A stretch of 63,955 nucleotides of DNA, counting the filler, from Barthelona sp. PAP020 (lineage: Eukaryota): NCBI GenBank assembly GCA_040182905.1. It is 5 parts of 5 records of this genome, joined end to end, with 100 filler letters (N's around TTAATTAATTAA, not from the genome) between each part and the next. Parts side by side here need not be neighbours in the genome. Positions count along the whole stretch, not along the records: positions 56,308 to 63,955 come from JARQWU010000485.1; 4 more parts are not named here. One strand, given 5' to 3'. Shown here one piece after another: positions 56,308 to 63,955 of this stretch. The stretch's first letter is position 1; each line of letters opens with the position of its first letter. The position numbers were made by a program, and so were the translations under genes. The notes under the pieces were generated by a model. That model was given only the letters and a program-made list of their open reading frames with translations. It was not told the origin of the DNA and did no database searches.

Positions 56308-56758
56308 CAAATTAAACTTGCAAGAGTGCCATATGTTGAATCAAATTTCCAGTTTTTCTTCCATTGAAAGAACCTTTTTCACTTCTTCAATGAGAGTGTC
56401 CAATGTTGTTAGTGTGACGACCTTCAATTTAACTAATAAAAGCAACATCATTTATTATCAATATTTTTTTTTCTTGTTGTGTTGGGCTCCAATAATTGAT
56501 ATGGTAACAATAAGAAAAGATAAAAGTGGCCTAATACTTTGCTCTAGCAGTGACATAAACTTATTTTTTACAGTGAAAAGAAACCCAAAAAGTCATTTTA
56601 GTGAATTTCAGAAAAACTCAGGGTGTGAGATCCAGACTGAAAGCACATTGTGTGAATCCAGGTTGTGTCTTTGGAAAGAACTTCTGACCCTGCTTTTTTG
56701 TATTTTTGCAAAAGCAAAATTTTAAAGTTTGAACTATACCTTAAAAAATCCTAAGTTT

Positions 56759-56854
56759 TTCAACAGATCAATCGGGCCTCGAAGGACTTCAACCAAATAA
56801 ACACCATTCTTTTTTATTCACTCATACGCACAGTGCTTCTTGGCTTGGAAATAA
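56759..56854 (+). repeat. Dispersed repeat copy
   Basis: Near-identical to 14094-14189. Confidence 0.9.
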
Positions 56855-56946
56855 ATAAAAATAAAGATAAAGGAAAAAAACAACTATATACAATTTATAT
56901 TTAAAAGATAGTGAATACTACCCAATAGACAATATCTGATATCGAG

Positions 56947-59900
56947 TTACAATTGAAAATCCATATTAAAAGTAGCGGCTATTTGATTGATTTTCTTTAT
57001 ACATGTGAATAAATAATTTTCTTTGTAATTGTTATTATTTTTTACAGAATCAATGAAGAAATGTAAATTTTCTTGAAATATTTCAAAGTTCGGAATATTT
57101 TTAGTTTCAATGATTGGACCAAAACAATGAAACCAATAGAACATTACACAAAAGAAAGTTTTTGAGGAGTTTAATTTTTGTTTGATTGAATTAGCAAAAT
57201 TGATCAAAATAGTTGGTAAAGAACCTTGAAAGATATCGAAACAATCAAGATTTAAATTTGATATGTTTTCGAAATAATTCTCTCCAGTCTTATCATCATA
57301 ATATGCTAATGAATGTAATCTAATGAATTCTTGCTGAAAGTAAGGAGTATTTTTAATACAAAAAAAATAATCTCCGATAGAATTAACCAAAGCTCTTTTA
57401 AAAAATTTGAAAATCAAAAGAATATCAGAAAGATTACCTTCATTTGCTTGAAGTAATAACTTACATAATTCAAAAGTTATAAAACTCTTTTCATATAATT
57501 TAGTATCTGTATAAGTTAATATTTCTTTAATATCATCAATTTTTAATACATTTATTGAATTAATGATTCTTTTACATAATTGTGGAACTTTAATTGGTAT
57601 ATATCTTACTAATATAATGAATTTTTTGGTAGAATTAGTATATAAAGGTACCAAAATACCAGCAAACAAATTGAATTTTTCTGGATCTTGTAAAAATAAT
57701 TGTGTAAAGACTTGTAAATGATTATCCATTAATTTAATTTGAGAAGTGTCTAAATCAATTTTTTCAATCATACTTTTCGTATCATCATTATTATAAGAAG
57801 AAGAAGAATTTACCAATACTTTTAAAAGAAAAGTAATACTAGCAGATTTACCTCTTTTAGTAGAAAAATAATTCTTAACGAATTCATAACTTTCGATAAA
57901 TTGAATTTCATTTTCAAATTTTATATCAAAAAATTCATGATTTGCTAAGATTGGAAATTTACAAATAATTTTACCAATTTGAATGAAATCTTTTGATAAT
58001 AAAGTTAATTTCATTAAATTAACAATAATTTCATCTTGTTCTTTATTAATATTAATTTCATTCAAATTATACATATTTAAAGTACTTTCTAAATAACTCC
58101 ATAAAATAATTAAAATTGTTTTAATTTCATATTGATCATTTAAATCATTAGAATCAACACAATGAGTAGAATCAGAAAAACTTGCTAAAAATTTTTGTAA
58201 AGGAAATAAACATTTCTTTATCAAATTAAAATTAAAAACAGGGGAAACTTCTGCTGGTAAATTATTCTTTCTACAACTTTTACTTACACAATTTAAATTT
58301 AATATGTAATTTGATTTCTTTGTAATATTTATTTCGTTCAATGATTGTGAATATCTTTTAATCAATAGTTTTCCATTGAAATAAATATATAAAATCTCTT
58401 CAACATACAAAATTTCAATCTGTTGATAAAGATTCTTGTTTAATTCAACACAACATAATTCAATGACTTTTTCATTTTGATATATTGAAATGATTTCTAC
58501 ATTCATCATTATACTGTCATTAATTTCATTCTGAATAAAATTTAAAATATTAAATTGAAAATAAGGCAATTCTAATTGAAATAATGTGCCAATTTGAGGA
58601 ATAAAAACAATATCAATCAAATCTGTTGAATCAAATATCATTTTTTTTCTTTCTGGTAAATTATAATCCCCGTTATTTATAATGTTCAAATCTATCAAAT
58701 ATTTAATCGCTTTTTTATCTTTAAACATTTCATTAAAGGTATTTGTTATTATTTCACTATGAAAATGACAAATCTTATGTATAAATTTCAAATTATTTGC
58801 AATATTTTTATCAAAAAAATATTTTTCTATATCCAATTTTGAAGCAGTTGTACCAATCGCATTTAAATAATATAAGATCATTATATACATATAAATATCA
58901 TCATATTCACCTGTTTTATTATATAAAAAATTAAATTCAAACAAATCAATGATACAATGACAGTTATCAAGGGTTAGATAACCATTATACCCATTATTAT
59001 CTTGATGATCAACATTAAAACATCCATCATTATCCATTAATATAAAGGGTTTCATTAACTTCGATAACAGGTCAAATTCTCTTTCAAATCTATTTAAATT
59101 GAATAATATGGGAATTTGTTCGAAATAACACTTCTTTATTGGCCAAGAGTAATTTAAAAAGGAGAACATGGATATCAAGAAAAAAATTCTCCTTTCCAAC
59201 AAAGTTAGATTTGTAATCACTGTTCTATTTTTATGTAAATAATTTTTAAAGGAAATTTTATGCAAATCCATGCAATAGAAACTGAACAATTGAAAAATCA
59301 ATTGTTCAAAATTTTTGGGAGTTAAATAGCAAATACTTAAATTATTGATAAGATTTATAAGATTTTCACAATCTTTATGATTAATAGAACGACAATAATA
59401 CAATTTCATCAAGCAAAATTTGATAAAATACCAAATAAAATCTTCTTCTTTATCTTTTTCATCTTTTGACATATCTTTTATCGTTCTCATATCAATATCA
59501 ACATCAGCTATAATCAAAATTAAACTTAAAAATGGATTCATCAATAAATTATTTGTTGGTCTTTCAATTTCCATCAAATATTTACAAATTTCTTCCTTTA
59601 AATCCAGATCAAAAATGGCTAAAACAAAATCTTCAGAATATCTTTCATGATGACGAAAAATAAAATCTAAAATTTGTTTCAATTCTTCCTTTAAACAATT
59701 ATTTATACAAATATCTAATATTTCAATAAAAAAAATTGAAAATCTTTCAGAATCAAATTGAAATTTATCGTCAAACATTTTCAAAACTTTAACAAAACAT
59801 TCAATTCCATCGAAACTTTTAAAACTTTCACAAAATATAATTTTTCCTTTTAAATATCCAATAATTTTATGAAATAATTGATAAAACTTTGGTAAATGTT

Positions 59901-60459
59901 GAAATTGACAAGGAAAAAGTGAAAAATCAACTTTATCTAGCAAATCATCACTAATATGCTCAAAAGAATCCCAAAAACTAAAATAGAGCATGAAAATAAC
60001 TAATTGTCCTAATATTTCAGGTAATTCTTCATAAATCTTTAAACTATATTCAATGACCTCAGAATTCATTACCATATCAATTATTAAAGGAATATGTGAA
60101 TGTTGATGTTGATAAAGCAACAAAGAACTCGTATAATCAACAAAAATTGTGAAAAATTCAACAACAAACTTATTTTCCAACTTTTCCAATAATTCAATCA
60201 AATAAGTCAATTCGAATCTTTCAATCGATATCAAACCAAAAATTACAATCCAATATTCAGTATGAAATTTTGTTGAATCAAATTTTAAACGTTTGGCGGT
60301 TTGTATTTGTTTATCAGTTAATGCAATGTCTTTATGCAATAAAAATGTTAAATCTTTGATGGAAAATTCTATTTCATCAGAATGTTTTTCTCCATCAATT
60401 TCATCAATAACTATGTCAAATAAATCTGAAAATAAAAAAATCTTTGAATCAATGGTCAT
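56947..60459 (-). CDS. Large hypothetical protein (mostly helical)
   Basis: Uninterrupted 1170-codon ORF in very AT-rich DNA. Confidence 0.7.
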   Translation of the reverse strand: MTIDSKIFLFSDLFDIVIDEIDGEKHSDEIEFSIKDLTFLLHKDIALTDKQIQTAKRLKFDSTKFHTEYWIVIFGLISIERFELTYLIELLEKLENKFVVEFFTIFVDYTSSLLLYQHQHSHIPLIIDMVMNSEVIEYSLKIYEELPEILGQLVIFMLYFSFWDSFEHISDDLLDKVDFSLFPCQFQHLPKFYQLFHKIIGYLKGKIIFCESFKSFDGIECFVKVLKMFDDKFQFDSERFSIFFIEILDICINNCLKEELKQILDFIFRHHERYSEDFVLAIFDLDLKEEICKYLMEIERPTNNLLMNPFLSLILIIADVDIDMRTIKDMSKDEKDKEEDFIWYFIKFCLMKLYYCRSINHKDCENLINLINNLSICYLTPKNFEQLIFQLFSFYCMDLHKISFKNYLHKNRTVITNLTLLERRIFFLISMFSFLNYSWPIKKCYFEQIPILFNLNRFEREFDLLSKLMKPFILMDNDGCFNVDHQDNNGYNGYLTLDNCHCIIDLFEFNFLYNKTGEYDDIYMYIMILYYLNAIGTTASKLDIEKYFFDKNIANNLKFIHKICHFHSEIITNTFNEMFKDKKAIKYLIDLNIINNGDYNLPERKKMIFDSTDLIDIVFIPQIGTLFQLELPYFQFNILNFIQNEINDSIMMNVEIISIYQNEKVIELCCVELNKNLYQQIEILYVEEILYIYFNGKLLIKRYSQSLNEINITKKSNYILNLNCVSKSCRKNNLPAEVSPVFNFNLIKKCLFPLQKFLASFSDSTHCVDSNDLNDQYEIKTILIILWSYLESTLNMYNLNEININKEQDEIIVNLMKLTLLSKDFIQIGKIICKFPILANHEFFDIKFENEIQFIESYEFVKNYFSTKRGKSASITFLLKVLVNSSSSYNNDDTKSMIEKIDLDTSQIKLMDNHLQVFTQLFLQDPEKFNLFAGILVPLYTNSTKKFIILVRYIPIKVPQLCKRIINSINVLKIDDIKEILTYTDTKLYEKSFITFELCKLLLQANEGNLSDILLIFKFFKRALVNSIGDYFFCIKNTPYFQQEFIRLHSLAYYDDKTGENYFENISNLNLDCFDIFQGSLPTILINFANSIKQKLNSSKTFFCVMFYWFHCFGPIIETKNIPNFEIFQENLHFFIDSVKNNNNYKENYLFTCIKKINQIAATFNMDFQL

Positions 60460-60813
60460 TTTCCAAAAATCATCAAAGAATTGAAAAAAAAAAAAAGGAG
60501 AATCTTTTCTATTACGTTTAGCTCTTTTCCATTTCTAATGTTAATTATTTTCAAAAGAAATTATTTATTTGTAAACTTTTTAGGTGCTACACAAGCAAAA
60601 ATATTCATCCCAATGTTTGAAAAAAAAAAAAGAAACAAAACAAAAACATCAAAGTTTACAACAATATATCATTTACATTTTTCATTAACATAAATTTAAG
60701 AATAATTATTTAATGGCTACTTTAATCTGAAAAATAATCAAAACTTGACAAAAACTTAACAAAAGCCTTCATTATTGGCAAAAAACCGATAATCTGACGA
60801 TCACTATTGTCTA

Positions 60814-61905
60814 TTATTGGGACTTTGAATAAGTAATGTCCTCAGTTTTTTGATTTGATATCTTTTTCACTTTGTAGCGAGGTAAAAAAGTTAAGCAAAG
60901 CGATAAAACTGAAATCAAAGTCTTAAAAATGAGATAACAATTTGAATACTCCCAATTTAACTTTTTCACAATTAATTGAAGCATATTGTTGATAATATGC
61001 AACAAACATGAGGAAACAATTCCAAATCTTGAAGTTAAGAATAATTCATTCAAAACTTGGTTCATCAAAACCATAGAAAGCATGCTCATTAACGTCAAAT
61101 TTTCATTACCAATGTGTAATAACATGAAAAAGATGTTATTGAAAAGTGAACTGGTGAAATAATGCCTAATTTTTTCCTTATCTACCGTCCAATACAATTG
61201 TCGAAACAAAAATTCTTCCATTAGTGGTATAAATATACCGAGTGTTAATATAGTTTCCAAATCTGGTGTTAAGATTTTCTTTTGTGAAGTAATTTGACTT
61301 AATAATGGTCCAAATAAAATATAAAACATGGTTAAAATGACATCAAACGTATACATTGCACGAAATAGTCCAATTGATTTCAGTTTTATCGACTTAGATT
61401 TTCCTTTTAAAAAGAGCAAAACAAAAAATATAAGCGCATAAGGAACACCCTTTAAATATTCATCTTGAATATAATGTGCCATAAAATGACCAAAAAAACC
61501 GATGAAGACTAAAATACTCAACAGTAAAATACACTGAGTAGAAAGAATGAAATAATCCATTGTTTTTGTTCTTATAGGTTTTATTTTTAGTGCAATTAAC
61601 TTATCTTCTTCTTTATCATAATAATAATACAACTGCATTATTTGTTTCAAAGATTTTATCCATAGCATTTGTCCATCTGAATTTAATAGACCAATGGTTT
61701 GAATATATTTACTATTTCCATATGCTTCATAATGAAAATCATTCGAAAAATCTTTGTGTTCGTTTGAAATAATTTCAATATTATCATTCTTGTTTTCAAT
61801 CAAAATATAATCCTTAAAATTAAATTCAAAAGGTAACTCATATCTTAAAATTTGATTAAAATAGGAATAAATTAAGGATACCTCATTGGATTGCAATTCA
61901 ATCAT
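60814..61905 (-). CDS. CPBP/Abi (Rce1-like) intramembrane metalloprotease
   Basis: PLMEEFLFR (EExxxR), FMLLH (FxxxH) and LLHIINN (HxxxN) within TM helices. Confidence 0.82.
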   Translation of the reverse strand: MIELQSNEVSLIYSYFNQILRYELPFEFNFKDYILIENKNDNIEIISNEHKDFSNDFHYEAYGNSKYIQTIGLLNSDGQMLWIKSLKQIMQLYYYYDKEEDKLIALKIKPIRTKTMDYFILSTQCILLLSILVFIGFFGHFMAHYIQDEYLKGVPYALIFFVLLFLKGKSKSIKLKSIGLFRAMYTFDVILTMFYILFGPLLSQITSQKKILTPDLETILTLGIFIPLMEEFLFRQLYWTVDKEKIRHYFTSSLFNNIFFMLLHIGNENLTLMSMLSMVLMNQVLNELFLTSRFGIVSSCLLHIINNMLQLIVKKLNWEYSNCYLIFKTLISVLSLCLTFLPRYKVKKISNQKTEDITYSKSQ

Positions 61906-61961
61906 TCTTGATTATTTTTTTTTTTGGCAAACATTTTGTATATTTTTTATTTAAATTAATT

Positions 61962-62690
61962 ATGGTCAATGTTGGATCATTTTCATATAATTTAGGACGA
62001 GTTGAACTTCTAAACTGGGTGAATATCACTTTAAAAACTGGTTTCAAAAAAATTGAAGATACTTTTACATGTGCCCCATATTGTCAATTAATAGACTCTA
62101 TATATCCAGGTACTGTACCAATGGCACGATTAAATTGGAATGCAAAGGCGGATTTTGAAAGAGTTAACAATTTGAAGATTCTTCAACAAGCCTTTCAAAA
62201 AAATGATATTGACAGAGCCATCGATGTTGCTAGAGTGTCAAAAGGCAGATTAATGGATAATTTGGAAGTTTTGCAATATATCTATGTTTTGTTTGATCGA
62301 GTTGGAGGGGCATTTGAGAATTATAACCCTATTGAAAGAAGAGCTTACGGGAAATCTCATCCAATTTCTAATGTAAACCCTCAAAAATTGACCTCCACCA
62401 CAATGCAAGGCCAATCAATTCGAAGAAGAACTCAACCAATGGCTAAAGGTTCAAGAAAGAGTGGATTGATTGATTTAAATCCTTCACCTTTGCGTCCTGC
62501 AAAACAATTACAACAACAATTAGCTCAATCTAATTTAGAAAGAGATTTTTATCGAAATAAATTGAGAAAAATTGAGTTGTTAGTTGAATATAATGATGCT
62601 GATTTGGCAAAACAAATTAAAGATATTCTGTTTGCTTCAGATGGTTACAATGTAGTGTATCCAAATGAAGTACCAACTGAAGTATTTTGA
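61962..62690 (+). CDS. EB1: Microtubule end-binding protein EB1
   Basis: GRVELLNWVN CH domain, NLKILQQAF, DNLE.LQ, LERDFYRNKLRKIE EBH motif; ATG at 61962. Confidence 0.93.
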   Translation: MVNVGSFSYNLGRVELLNWVNITLKTGFKKIEDTFTCAPYCQLIDSIYPGTVPMARLNWNAKADFERVNNLKILQQAFQKNDIDRAIDVARVSKGRLMDNLEVLQYIYVLFDRVGGAFENYNPIERRAYGKSHPISNVNPQKLTSTTMQGQSIRRRTQPMAKGSRKSGLIDLNPSPLRPAKQLQQQLAQSNLERDFYRNKLRKIELLVEYNDADLAKQIKDILFASDGYNVVYPNEVPTEVF

Positions 62691-62863
62691 AAAGATTCTT
62701 TTATTGTATATGTAAATAAATTGTATATTTTTTATGTACACTAGTATTTGTTTTTCTTTTAAAAAAAAAATGGTCAATCCAAATGGTCTAAATGAACAGA
62801 AAATGCATGTAAAAACAGTTTCATCATTTTTTTTTTAATTTGTTTGAATGCAATTAATTTTTG

Positions 62864-63766
62864 ATGGATGTACAATATTTACCAAATTGGAATGAAAACG
62901 GTCCACAATTATTGAAAGAAAAATACGAGGAGCGTCAAGAAAAACACGCGAAGAATACCAATGAATTTTCGGATCTTGTTGAAGACTATGCACATTTTGT
63001 TAATCTTGGGACATGGGAACCACAATATCCATACGATAAAGAAATAAATGAAATGATTTCTCTGTATTATGGTAAAAGAGAAGATATAATTGCTGATTCT
63101 ATCAGTATTTCATTTACACCAGACAGAAAATTATTGAATAAAAGTGATAATAGAGGGTTGGATGTTGTCAATCTTGGACAAGAATTGAATGGAATGGGTG
63201 ATTTCAATACAAGTGATGTTAGAGGGTTTAAAATGAAGCATTCTAGAAATTATGAGCATTTATTATGCTGCTGTGTTCCTCTTCGTGAGAGTTTACCGTT
63301 AAATGATGCAGCAAATGCTACAAAAGCTGCAGTAGGTTCTGTATCTGCTTTAAGAGTAACGTATTTGAATATTTTTCATTATTGTGTTGTTCATCAAGTT
63401 GATACAATCGTCATCACTCCACTGGCAGTTAAAGATGCACCTACTACAACAGATCCTGGTTATGGTTTAATACCTGCAGCAAATGTTGCATTAAGAACAG
63501 TTAGAGGATGGCTGGAAAACGTTGCTAACAGAGTTCTTGTGTCAAAAATTGTTTTTTTATGTGAATCAGAGAGGGAATTTCTTGTTTATAGAGATCTAAT
63601 GGAAAAAATATTTCCACCTATTCCTACTGAAGAACAGATAGAAGAAGCTGAAGTTGACGATGAAATGCGGGATGAGATGGATGATATTTTTGGTGATTTT
63701 GAGCTGAATGAAACTGTTAATGAAAATGCAAATGAAAATGTAAATGAAGTTGATAAGGAACAATAA
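62864..63766 (+). CDS. Divergent macro-domain protein (GDAP2/MacroD-like) with acidic tail
   Basis: YPYDKEINEMISLYYG, LRVTYLN, GY....AANVALRTVRGWLE, KIVF...Y..LM..IFP. Confidence 0.68.
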   Translation: MDVQYLPNWNENGPQLLKEKYEERQEKHAKNTNEFSDLVEDYAHFVNLGTWEPQYPYDKEINEMISLYYGKREDIIADSISISFTPDRKLLNKSDNRGLDVVNLGQELNGMGDFNTSDVRGFKMKHSRNYEHLLCCCVPLRESLPLNDAANATKAAVGSVSALRVTYLNIFHYCVVHQVDTIVITPLAVKDAPTTTDPGYGLIPAANVALRTVRGWLENVANRVLVSKIVFLCESEREFLVYRDLMEKIFPPIPTEEQIEEAEVDDEMRDEMDDIFGDFELNETVNENANENVNEVDKEQ

Positions 63767-63955
63767 AAAATGTTAACTTAACTCATTATTTAATTATAAA
63801 CATAACTCATCGTTTTTATTTGATCTTTTCCAATTTTCAGAGTTTTTTTTTTTTTTTTTTTTGAAAAATAATGGTTAGGTTTGTTGTTAAAATTGAAAAA
63901 CGTGAATTAATTGGAAAAATTAACAAAAAAAATGTTTCTAAACAAATTATAATTT

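Overview
AT-rich, gene-dense, nearly intron-free eukaryotic (protist) DNA using the standard genetic code. The window is not one locus. It is five contig pieces joined by artificial 100-bp N44-TTAATTAATTAA-N44 linkers (13994-14093, 28076-28175, 42148-42247, 56208-56307), and the first four are in descending length order, so synteny across linkers is meaningless. Gene content is mostly housekeeping: Mot1/BTAF1, Spc24, proteasome alpha5, class II aldolase, RPS26, RPS6, Gar1, kinesin, Clp1-like, Trm5, AsnRS, Sec8-like, EB1. Flagellar or basal-body markers (EFHC/Rib72, CFAP53-like, Sfi1-like) and a Giardia/Entamoeba-type class II aldolase suggest an anaerobic flagellate, possibly metamonad-like (inference). 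The main finding is a tandem ~3.2-kb unit carrying kinase-coiled coil-WD40 genes whose differences cluster at predicted top-face propeller positions, a candidate variable-receptor/immune system, bounded by a dispersed repeat also seen near two other contig ends. Other highlights: a head-to-head split ABCA pair with complementary degenerate motifs, and two tiny (35-38 nt) candidate introns. All product calls come from motifs recognised by eye; no database searches were run.
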